DNA of 64,000 nucleotides from a virus (IMGVR_UViG_3300028833_000053), one strand, 5' to 3'. Shown: positions 42,134 to 50,645, numbered from the stretch's first letter. Numbers and translations are program-made. Notes: a model not told the origin generated them from the letters alone.

Positions 42134-42349
42134 ATTTTGGCAATATGATGTAATCCCCGAAGGAGTTAAAGGAAGTGAATTCACCTTGCTCCGAAACAAG
42201 GGACATGGTTTTCTGACTCTAGATAGGGAAACCATATGAGCATGGCAGCAGGTGAGCTGTTTATTCCGTGGAAATCGGATGTTGCCGACAACTTCAATTT
42301 GGTCAAGCACCTGACCTGGGGCGAGGAAGTACAACTCAATTCCCCAAAA

Positions 42350-42421
42350 ACGTCTGTAGTTCAATGGTAGAAGCATTGGGTCAGAAAAACCCAAGATGTT
42401 GGTTCGACCCCAACTGGACGT
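42350..42421 (+). tRNA. Atypical tRNA-Phe-like gene lacking CCA
   Basis: Cloverleaf with TTGGGT-CAGAAAA-ACCCAA. Confidence 0.5.
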
Positions 42422-42772
42422 AAGGTGCCCGGTTTAGTTCCCTAGTACATTCATATTGGGGATTAGTTGGTTCCTGGCACACCATAAGACCAGGTGGTTT
42501 GTGTGTTTCATGGGTCAGCGGCATTGGCTTTGTAGATGTCCACTCTCCAACATCAACTTCCCAGACAGCTAATGGGAATGTCAAAAACACTCAGCTCTTT
42601 CAGAAGTTGACATCCATTCAAGTCGGAACTTTCCACCATAGTTAACAAATGACAAACTGGCTACGGTTGCATGTTCACAACCATGGAGCAAAGTTCATTG
42701 GGTTTCTTTGAATCTAATCCTGCCCAATGAAGCCAGAGGGCTGGGCCCGATGATGCCAACTTCTTTTTCAAT

Positions 42773-42850
42773 GGGACTGTGGCAAAATTGGATAACGCGC
42801 TTCGCTACGAACGAAGAGAATTGCGAGTTCGAGTCTCGCCAGTCCTACCA
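42773..42850 (+). tRNA. tRNA-Arg(ACG)
   Basis: CTTCG-CTACGAA-CGAAG; CCA. Confidence 0.92.
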
Positions 42851-42948
42851 TTTCAAGCCTTGCATTGCGTGAAGATGTTCTTTGGTGAGGGGAATTTAGC
42901 AGTGGATTTTCCAATACCACTTGCGTGAATGCAAGCAACCATTTCAAT

Positions 42949-43020
42949 AGGCGAATGATGTCAATGGTAGCATGAAGGTCTCCAAAACCTTATGTGGTGG
43001 TCCGAATCCACCTTTGCCTG
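42949..43020 (+). tRNA. tRNA-Trp(CCA), no encoded CCA end
   Basis: AAGGT-CTCCAAA-ACCTT. Confidence 0.85.
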
Positions 43021-43030
43021 AACTTTCAAT

Positions 43031-43109
43031 GGGCGAGTTCTCGATATTGGTACTGGGCGTGGTCTGCAAAACCTCGATAATGTGGGTTCGATTCCCACCT
43101 CGCTCTCCA
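43031..43109 (+). tRNA. tRNA-Cys(GCA)
   Basis: CTGCAAA loop; U73; CCA. Confidence 0.8.
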
Positions 43110-43382
43110 AATGACTTGTTCATTTATCCAGCTTGCAAGATGGTTCGGGCAATTCCATGACTAATGTTCTTACTCTGGTGAGAAGTAAGACGATAGGCAA
43201 AAATGGTTCGATTCCCCCTCGGAACATTAGTTGAATATTGCCAAGTTTTTCAATTTGTGCCACAAAGAAAACTCACTTCACACAGGAGGATCGTGTGACC
43301 ATCAATGATGGGTAGAGATTTTGCGCAACGTCTCTACATATTATGTTGAGCGGTAAGAGTCCGTATGTCCTCCTCCATTTAT

Positions 43383-43456
43383 GGCTCTGTAGATTAGAAG
43401 CAGATCGCCTCCCTCTCAAGGAGGAGAACACGGCGCGATACCGTGCAGAGCTGCCA
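43383..43456 (+). tRNA. tRNA-Glu(CTC)
   Basis: CCTCC-CTCTCAA-GGAGG; CCA. Confidence 0.88.
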
Positions 43457-43463
43457 TTTCAAC

Positions 43464-43538
43464 GGCCCTGTAGATTAAAAGCTAGATCGGGTGGTTTTCA
43501 TCCACCAGAACACGGAGCGTTACCGTGCAGGGCTGCCA
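43464..43538 (+). tRNA. tRNA-Glu(TTC)
   Basis: GGTGG-TTTTCAT-CCACC; CCA. Confidence 0.88.
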
Positions 43539-43539
43539 A

Positions 43540-43615
43540 CGTCCTATAGGTCAAACGCATAGACCGCATCTCTCCTAAAGATGACATCCCCGTTGGATTC
43601 GGGGTAGGACGACCA
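43540..43615 (+). tRNA. tRNA-Arg(CCT)
   Basis: CATCT-CTCCTAA-AGATG; CCA. Confidence 0.85.
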
Positions 43616-43734
43616 ACTTAATGTCCCATTCCATCATGGTTTACGGCCAACATAGGTCTGGGACAATTTTTCGTATAATTGTAAATAGGTATGACGTTAC
43701 CGTAAATAACGTCTCTAAACTAAAGGCAAAAATT

Positions 43735-44508
43735 ATGATATGCGAACAATGTAGAAACGAGCATGATGGCTCGTATGGGAGCGGAAGGTTCTGCTCAAAA
43801 AAGTGTAGGTATCAGTACCACATAAAAAACGAACAATCACCACTTGGTACTTGGACTTGTAGATATTGCGGTCTGGTATTTGAGACAAAACATAAATTGT
43901 GGGAACACTATCATTCAGTCCACGAATCAAGTCTCGGAAAACCACATAACAAAGGTGGACGAGCTTGGAATAGAGGACTGACAAAGGAAACCGATGATAG
44001 AGTTAAATTAGGCACTGAAACTTATAAAGCACGAATAAAAAGTGGTGAAATAACCCCATCATTTCTTGGGAGACATCATTCCGAAGAAACAAAAAGGAAA
44101 ATGTCAGACTTCCATAGTCATGCTACTTTTCAACGTGTATGTAAGAAAACACAACCTTATACAAAAAAGGATGGAACCGTTGTGATGTTGGATTCGTCAT
44201 GGGAAATCAAATTGGCTGAAATATTGGATGACCTTAATATAAATTGGATTCGTCCAAAACCTGTAGAGTGGTATGACCAATCTGGAAAACTTCACCACTA
44301 TTTTTCGGACTTCTTTTTAGAAGACTACAATTTGTATCTTGACCCAAAGAACGATTATTGTTTTGTTGCCCAAGCAGAGAAAATAGAGTATGTAAGAACT
44401 CATTATGACAATGTTCTTTTCATGCACAAAGACCAAGTAACAAAGGAATTTGTTTTGAATTTGATAAATGAACGAACAACTTTACACGTTGGGACGGAAC
44501 TTGTATAA
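43735..44508 (+). CDS. Zn-finger + NUMOD3 + PD-(D/E)xK-like putative homing endonuclease
   Basis: CEQC..EHDGSYGSGRFCS..C; C2H2; HHSEETKRKMS; DSSWE; YFSDF...LDPK. Confidence 0.75.
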   Translation: MICEQCRNEHDGSYGSGRFCSKKCRYQYHIKNEQSPLGTWTCRYCGLVFETKHKLWEHYHSVHESSLGKPHNKGGRAWNRGLTKETDDRVKLGTETYKARIKSGEITPSFLGRHHSEETKRKMSDFHSHATFQRVCKKTQPYTKKDGTVVMLDSSWEIKLAEILDDLNINWIRPKPVEWYDQSGKLHHYFSDFFLEDYNLYLDPKNDYCFVAQAEKIEYVRTHYDNVLFMHKDQVTKEFVLNLINERTTLHVGTELV

Positions 44509-44530
44509 TTGGATATGTGATCTTTGACAG
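44481..44530 (+). promoter_or_regulatory. Promoter P3 + boxA-like motif
   Basis: TTTACA-17-TATAAT; GATCTTTGACA at 44519. Confidence 0.65.
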
Positions 44531-44535
44531 ATGAT

Positions 44536-44887
44536 TATGTGAATCAGATGGGGAGTGAAACCCAGTATGCTTAATGCTTCAACGGCTGCCTTGTGTGGTG
44601 TAATTGTCAGCCATATGCCATCTTTGAATGGCGGGCCCATAGGAAACCACTGGGCGTGTAGGTTAGAGTCCTGCCACAAGGTGCATACCCGAAATAAAAT
44701 CTACCCGAAATCCACGTCAAACACATTGAGGTTTCGCTATTGGGGGCTGGAATGCCCCGGTGGACACGTAGGATGAATGATAAATGGGATATGTTGAAAA
44801 TTCGTGGGATGTCCCGCGATGGTTGCCTACCTGCCGTGGTGTAATAGCCATGTGAGCGGGGCAACTCTCAGTCGGATGGTTCACATA
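44536..44887 (+). ncRNA. ~350-nt structured RNA with embedded tRNA-like module
   Basis: Closing helix TATGTGAATCA/TGGTTCACATA; cloverleaf at 44588-44685. Confidence 0.5.
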
Positions 44888-45085
44888 TAGAAGTTCCCAA
44901 CCTAATGGGACGACTTCTGCTGCGGTGGAATGTTCGAGGGGTGTGATGCTTATAATTTTCCCAGTATGAAACATCACTTGTGCCAATCCTGCACAATGGG
45001 CTAGGTTCACCAACGAACCGGGTATGTCCGCCAGAAATACAGCTGGTTCTGGTTACGAAGGGCATAATGGATTTTGATTTTCAAG

Positions 45086-45162
45086 CGGAGTGTAGCGCAG
45101 CCTGGTAGCGCACTTGCCTTGGGCGCAAGCCGTCGGGGGTTCAAATCCCTCCACTCCGACCA
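45086..45162 (+). tRNA. tRNA-Pro(TGG)
   Basis: Canonical cloverleaf; CCA. Confidence 0.92.
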
Positions 45163-45652
45163 ATTTGTTGACCGTAGGGAAAAAATCTAAACTCCCGCCC
45201 CGTGAGAGGGTGGCGAAACGGACCTTGAACTGCAGCAAGACAATCCGCCAGCTCTGGTGGTGGAAATCCACCCGGTCGACGCATTTATGGGAGCATGAAA
45301 CCGAACTGGAAAGGAATCTGCGGCAAGTGGATGGGTGGAATCCCCAATGTGGGTCCGAATCCCACTGCTTCCATCATTTCAAACGAATTCTCTTTGTCCC
45401 TGTATTCTCTCTCGGTGAGCAGCAAATAGGGAGGCTTGACGGCAAGCCTAAAGGTGAAAACGGTTACGCTGGAGGTGTTAAACAGGCGAACACATAAAAC
45501 TTCCGGAAGATGTTACCAGCCTCTCACCAAGTAACCTGCGAGTCCATGACATTCAAGGCTCATAACCTTGTGAAACCGGAACGCCGTATTCTTCAATTTC
45601 CGTATAATTGGTTTGTGACGCTGAGCAATTCAGCGAAAGGATAAAAGCAAAC

Positions 45653-46243
45653 ATGGCAAAAGCAAACAAGACGAAAAACGACGACAAGGTTCTTCTCTAC
45701 GAGAACACTGGAAAGAAGGGAAAGAAAACCCTAATCTCCGAAATGGTGAAACTCTCAAATCCGGTCACGGAGACTGCGAGAAAGATTATGGCTCTTCTTT
45801 CATATGACTCCAGGGTTCTCACGGAGTTTGACTTCAACAAGCACACATTGTGGGTGTACGTCAGCGATCCTGACGTGTGCGAGGCTTACAAATTCTTCCT
45901 CAGGCGCAAGTACGATTTGGGCGGTCTCACGCTGGACGTGAAGCTGATTGCGACCTATCAGGGGGAGGCCGAGGAAGTCGGAGAGGCAACCTACAAGGTA
46001 ACGGATGACGAGAAGCTTCGTCTCTTCAAGCTCCTGTTCAAGGATGGTCTTGAGCCGAAGTATCAGAGCGCGGTTGACCAGTACAACACACGTTGGGACT
46101 TCTTTGAGTTCCCGCCAATGGCTCTTACCTATCAGGCCGACGACCTTCAGAACATCAAGGGCTTCAAGTCTGTTCTTCTCACGGACGCCGTGAAGGAAAC
46201 GTTTGACGTTGGTTTTTACCATATCTCCTCATTGGCTTTTTGA
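45653..46243 (+). CDS. Hypothetical protein
   Basis: 196 aa; AAGGA RBS; phage-like codon usage. Confidence 0.8.
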   Translation: MAKANKTKNDDKVLLYENTGKKGKKTLISEMVKLSNPVTETARKIMALLSYDSRVLTEFDFNKHTLWVYVSDPDVCEAYKFFLRRKYDLGGLTLDVKLIATYQGEAEEVGEATYKVTDDEKLRLFKLLFKDGLEPKYQSAVDQYNTRWDFFEFPPMALTYQADDLQNIKGFKSVLLTDAVKETFDVGFYHISSLAF

Positions 46244-46316
46244 TAGGCCGATGATGGATGGAAATAAGGGGACGTTCTGCCATTCGGAGGAAATGGCAGA
46301 ACTTTCATTTTACATT

Positions 46317-46410
46317 GGAAGCGTAACCCTAAAAGGAAGGGAGTGACCTCGAAAGTCACGAGTAGCGGGGGAAACTTCGCGTGGGTTTGCAAGACACCCC
46401 GCTTCCGCCA
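46317..46410 (+). tRNA. tRNA-Ser(CGA)
   Basis: Long arm; G73; CCA; atypical T arm. Confidence 0.82.
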
Positions 46411-46421
46411 AAAGATTTCAT

Positions 46422-46513
46422 GGAGGCGTAAGCCTAAAGGAAAGGCAGCGGCTTTGAACACCGCTAGTAGCGTCTAAAAACGTGTGGGGTTTCAAGATCC
46501 TCCGCCTCCGCCA
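46422..46513 (+). tRNA. tRNA-Ser(TGA)
   Basis: Long arm; G73; CCA. Confidence 0.85.
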
Positions 46514-46518
46514 TTTAT

Positions 46519-46614
46519 GGAGCAATAAGCCTAATCTGGTAAGGCCGCGGTTTGCTAAACCGCCAGTAGGGGTCGCAAGGTCTCGTCCTGATTCGAGTTC
46601 AGGTTGCTCCGCCA
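46519..46614 (+). tRNA. tRNA-Ser(GCT)
   Basis: Long arm; G73; CCA. Confidence 0.88.
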
Positions 46615-46619
46615 TTTAT

Positions 46620-46712
46620 GGATAGGTGCTAGAATTGGCAAACAGCTTCGCTTGGAAAGCGAATGGGCGGGCGAAAGCTCCCATGGGAGGTCGGGACTCC
46701 CCCTATCCGCCA
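46620..46712 (+). tRNA. tRNA-Ser(GGA)
   Basis: Long arm; G73; CCA. Confidence 0.82.
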
Positions 46713-46719
46713 TTTAGAT

Positions 46720-46797
46720 GTTGGCATTAGTTCAGTCTGGTAGAACGGTGGATTGTGATTCCATATGTCCTGGGTTCAAATCCCAGATGTCAACCCA
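46720..46797 (+). tRNA. tRNA-His(GTG)
   Basis: G-1:C73; CCA. Confidence 0.92.
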
Positions 46798-46798
46798 A

Positions 46799-46876
46799 CG
46801 TTTCCTCGCCCAATTTGGTTAGGGCATCTCCTTCACATGGAGAGGGTTCTGGGTTCGAGTCCCAGGGAAACGACCA
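46799..46876 (+). tRNA. tRNA-Val(CAC)
   Basis: TCTCC-TTCACAT-GGAGA; CCA. Confidence 0.9.
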
Positions 46877-46882
46877 TTTGAA

Positions 46883-46958
46883 TCCCGCATGGCGTAATGG
46901 TTAGCGCATCACCTTGACATGGTGGTGGTTAGTGGTTCGAGTCCACTTGCGGGAACCA
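46883..46958 (+). tRNA. tRNA-Val(GAC)
   Basis: TCACC-TTGACAT-GGTGG; CCA. Confidence 0.9.
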
Positions 46959-46959
46959 C

Positions 46960-47063
46960 TTTACATTTGGATGTGATTAGTGTATAATTATGTATGCTCT
47001 TTGAGGGATACCAAGGTATCCAGAAGGTGCTTTGTTCCTTGACAACTGAATGTTTTGACGTTT
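46960..47063 (+). promoter_or_regulatory. Promoter P4 + two boxA-like motifs + processing-stem leader
   Basis: TTTACA-17-TATAAT; TGCTCTTTGA at 46995; GTTCCTTGACAACTGAA at 47034; TGAATGTTTTGACGTTT at 47047-47063. Confidence 0.7.
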
Positions 47064-47234
47064 AAGAAGGGAGACCCTTGAACCGCCCCTTCGTATACGA
47101 AAGTGAGGTGGATATACCACCAAGCATGGTTCAAGAATGAGTCACACGCAACGGACAAGGCTTTGGCGGCGAAATGGCAACAAAGTAACCGGTGGGATGC
47201 GCGTGGTTGACCAGTGTGACTTCGCTATTTCAAT

Positions 47235-47308
47235 GGGGTATTGGTGAAAAGGAATCACAGATGTCTGTCTAACATCAGTAGGGGGATCGTTACCCCCATA
47301 CCCCGCCA
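47235..47308 (+). tRNA. tRNA-Asp(GTC)
   Basis: GATGT-CTGTCTA-ACATC; G73; CCA. Confidence 0.88.
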
Positions 47309-47889
47309 TTTCAAGTATCTTGTAAAGCAAGGTAAACTCAGAAAGGTTCGCTACCACATGAGTCGGTTTTTGGTTTGTTTAGGTGCTCTGCTAGGCTTGC
47401 CCGGTTCGCCTTATTGCAAGAGGTGATTCAAGAGACTGCAAAACGGGATTAAGCACCACCACCAAGGTGTTCCCATGGAACAACGAGGCCGCGATGGACA
47501 GTCTGCGAAAAACAAACTTGTGATTTGTTCCTAAACCCCCGAATAGATTTCGCGGAGTGGACACAATAAGCGTTCGGGGTTTTGCATAATGCAGCATAGG
47601 ATTCAGGGGTCGGCTTGTTCTTTCCTGGTCCGAAAACGCGGTGGCTTTGCTTGGTACCGGGCATCCACAAGCAAACTCCGCTTCATCAATTTCATTTTTC
47701 AATCCGATATAAACATGCAGTGCAGAATGGTGATTGCGTAAGCAGCCAACCACAAGTAAAGTACACTTGGTTGACGGGTTCAGACAGAAAACCCAGAAAA
47801 TGCAACGAGTACGGGAAGAGTACGTCTGGTGTTGCAAGCCCACGGATACAAGATCGAAACACGTTGTGGTCGGATTGAAACCCTTTCAT

Positions 47890-47963
47890 TGGGGATTGTT
47901 GTAGCGGCAGCAAATCGGTTTTTGATACCGAGAGTGAACGTTCGACCCGTTCATCCCCAGCCA
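47890..47963 (+). tRNA. tRNA-Gln(TTG)
   Basis: U1:A72; CCA. Confidence 0.88.
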
Positions 47964-47973
47964 AATGCTTTAT

Positions 47974-48048
47974 TGTTCCCTGGGATAATGGCAGTCCAGC
48001 TCCCTCTGAAGGAGTAAGGTGAAAGTTCGACTCTTTCGGGAACAACCA
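47974..48048 (+). tRNA. tRNA-Gln(CTG)
   Basis: GCTCC-CTCTGAA-GGAGT; CCA. Confidence 0.88.
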
Positions 48049-48153
48049 ATTTCGGAATCCAGCGCACGTTGGATGGGTGTTCCAACCACCAAGGAGGTGC
48101 AAGCGACGGCTGGAGTGGTTCGAGTCCACCGCCTGGTTCCTTTTCAATTTCAT

Positions 48154-48228
48154 GCATCCGTGGGACATCAGCCGTCCGTCAGCCTTCCAAGCTGAAGTAG
48201 GCCAGGGCAGCACTGGTCGGATGCTCCA
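48154..48228 (+). tRNA. tRNA-Gly(TCC)
   Basis: TCAGC-CTTCCAA-GCTGA; U73; atypical T loop. Confidence 0.85.
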
Positions 48229-48482
48229 TTTTCAATCGTTGGAAAGCTCAGGTACCGGGCTTCCATCGAGAAAGCATGTGGGTAGGGCAGTTTCCCACGC
48301 AAAAGTTAGGGTAAGAGTCCTCAAATGACTGCCGCCAATTTCAATGTTAGGGTCGCTCTCTAATAGAAAACTATTCCTGATGCCGGGGTCAGTAAGACAC
48401 ACAAGGGAAACGAATGCAGGATATCATGCTCGTTTCAGATAATGTCAATAGGGGTAAGAGTCCTCATCCCATTTATTTCAAT

Positions 48483-48557
48483 GCGAACGTGGTACATCAG
48501 CAGTACACCAATCTGCCAGGTTGGATTAAGTGGGGGCAGCACCCATCGTTCGCTCCA
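48483..48557 (+). tRNA. tRNA-Gly(GCC)
   Basis: CCAAT-CTGCCAG-GTTGG; U73; atypical T loop. Confidence 0.85.
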
Positions 48558-49624
48558 ATTTTCAAGTTCCCAATCTTTGTGGGATTCTGATTGGGTTGCC
48601 TGTGGGCGTGAAAAAGTCTTAAGAACCCCGATGGTTTCCAACGATGGTTCTTGAGTACATTCTTGTGGATAATTGAGTGAAGTCTATGGCTTGTCTGGTC
48701 AAACTCAAATGACTGAACAAACATAGTCCTCGAATGGAAAAGTCTCCTGAGTTGGAAACTTTCACTTTGACGTATGATTGAATTTGTTGCAGCAAGCGCA
48801 GACCGGTGAGTCCGTATTTCACAATATGTTCAATGTTATTTGAACCCGGGTAGCACCCAAAATACGAAACTCCATATCCAATGAACCTTGGGCTACGGCT
48901 GGCAAGGGCAGTTGGAAGTAGTTGCCGGTTGCGTCCCATGAAGACGGTGTACAATCGCCCGAGGATGGAAACGATGTCACTATGCAGTGGGTTGGTGGGT
49001 AGGAAGAAGAATGGGCCGCGCCACCGTAAAACGGGTCCACCATTTCATGTGCAAGAAAAGCTACTTGCGCAGAAGACAGTACCCCATGTGAGTGGGGCTA
49101 GTGGTGTAGAAGAGGTGGATGCATTTGACCAGCGCTGGGATCGCCACTGATACTTCATGACATGACTACGGTAAAAGTCCGCATTCTCACACCGATTTCG
49201 GCGTTCATCGCACAATGGCTAGACACAAATAGTTCAAAAAGGCAGAATACACGAAGAGTGAGACAGTGGTCCGAATCCCGATGTGTTGGTTGAAACCAAA
49301 GTGCGGGAATTCATGAACGCCATTTGCAAGCCAACGGCACGTAGACGAATCGGGCGTTGGTGAAGTCCCAAGAACGTGTTGGGCTGAGCTGGGGGAACAT
49401 CAAACCCAGGGAACAACGGAGCCTACTCCGCGTAACGCCATGTCAAAGGATGTGCCATACGTGAAACAAAAACCTGTTCGCAGGTTATGGTTGTTGGGAA
49501 ACTGGCAGAGAACCGCGTAAAACAACTTCTGCTACCATTTTTCGGAAAACGGAAAGTTGGGATTCATCCGCCAACTAGGGATTCCGTAAAACCGGAAACC
49601 TCGATGTAGGAATCATCAGGATGA

Positions 49625-49756
49625 ACGCGCATAATTGGGTTGTTGCCGGCGTACTGCGCATAAGTTGGCAACAGTAAGAATCCAATCGGGGGTCCGAATC
49701 CCTCCATACCACAGCCTGTGGTATCGTGGCAGAGGCTGGCTGAATGCACTGCGCGT
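49625..49756 (+). ncRNA. Circularly permuted tRNA-like (YrlA-like) domain
   Basis: ACGCGCA/TGCGCGT closing stem; long variable hairpin; T arm; ATACCACA-GCC-TGTGGTAT closed acceptor; D arm. Confidence 0.7.
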
Positions 49757-50002
49757 GAGGAAACATGGGAAATTCAAAGTCAAAATGTCTAAACGGCGGA
49801 GAGAGTTCATTTTGAGCGGGAAGACAACCCGTTGTTTTGGTTCTCCTCCCGTGTTTCCTTCGATTTCATTTTGCGCAAAACCTCGTTGATGGCGCATGTC
49901 CCTAACAAGGCATCTTAATGTGTTGGCCGTGCATGGCATAATCCCTGGGTTGAATAAATCTTGCCACTGTGAAAACTGCCATTTCAACGAGACCCTTTTA
50001 TT

Positions 50003-50078
50003 GGACCGATATGTCAATGGTCAGACGAGGAGTCTCATAATCTCTAGGTTGCAGGTTCGAGTCCTGCTCGGTCCACCA
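50003..50078 (+). tRNA. tRNA-Ile2 or Met (CAT)
   Basis: CTCATAA loop; CCA. Confidence 0.85.
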
Positions 50079-50088
50079 ATTTTTCAAT

Positions 50089-50181
50089 GGGAGCGTAGCG
50101 GCCCCGTCTTATGAGCGGGAGATACCGTAGTGGTTCTTGAGATAACTTCAATCGTGGGTTCAAATCCTACCGCTCCTACCA
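50089..50181 (+). tRNA. D-arm-less tRNA-Ile(TAT)-like gene with long variable region
   Basis: GGGAGCG/CGCTCCT-ACCA; 7-nt linker; CCCGT-CTTATGA-GCGGG; T arm. Confidence 0.6.
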
Positions 50182-50189
50182 ATTTCAAT

Positions 50190-50270
50190 GGGTCCGTGGC
50201 TCGAGTGTGATAAAGGCAACCGGTTTGCATCCGGTACAAATAGTGGGTTTAACTCCCATCGGATCCACCA
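50190..50270 (+). tRNA. tRNA-Ala(TGC)
   Basis: G3:U70; CCA. Confidence 0.88.
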
Positions 50271-50370
50271 ATTTTAGAACCTGTAGCTCAGAAACTTAGA
50301 GCAAGGGAAACGGCCGGCTTAGTTGTCCCGCGCGAAGGTTAAAGCCCTTCCAGGTTCTGCATTTCAAAAA

Positions 50371-50461
50371 GCCACAGTCGCATAGCCTGGTCGATTGCAC
50401 TGGTTTTGTAAACCAGTATCCGATAAGGGTCGCGTCCGTTCAAATCGGACCTGTGGCTCCA
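50371..50461 (+). tRNA. tRNA-Thr(TGT), long variable arm
   Basis: CTGGT-TTTGTAA-ACCAG; CCA. Confidence 0.85.
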
Positions 50462-50467
50462 GTTTTT

Positions 50468-50558
50468 GCTGAGGTCGTATAGTCTGGTCGATTACAATGG
50501 CTTCGTAAGCCATTATGCTTCTGGCATCACGTCAGTTCAAATCTGACCCTCAGCTCCA
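50468..50558 (+). tRNA. tRNA-Thr(CGT), long variable arm
   Basis: ATGGC-TTCGTAA-GCCAT; CCA. Confidence 0.85.
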
Positions 50559-50562
50559 TTTG

Positions 50563-50645
50563 GCTAGGGTGGCTGAGAGACCGAAAGCGCGTCCATGGTA
50601 AGGACGTATTCCACATCGTCAGTTTGAATCTGACCCCTAGCTCCA
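50563..50645 (+). tRNA. tRNA-Thr(GGT), enlarged variable loop
   Basis: CGTCC-ATGGTAA-GGACG; CCA. Confidence 0.85.

Noticed and set aside
48680-48730. Group I intron S-like motif (ACATAGTCC)
   Set aside because: It pairs locally, and no matching P7/P3 partner or interrupted exon was found
37783-50114. Many 60-170 aa ORFs over the RNA region
   Set aside because: They overlap tRNAs or structured RNAs, lack RBSs and show no protein-like character
37680-50645. Canonical amber suppressor tRNA (CTA)
   Set aside because: None found by eye. The tRNA at 47235 contains CTA in its loop but reads GTC (Asp) at positions 34-36.
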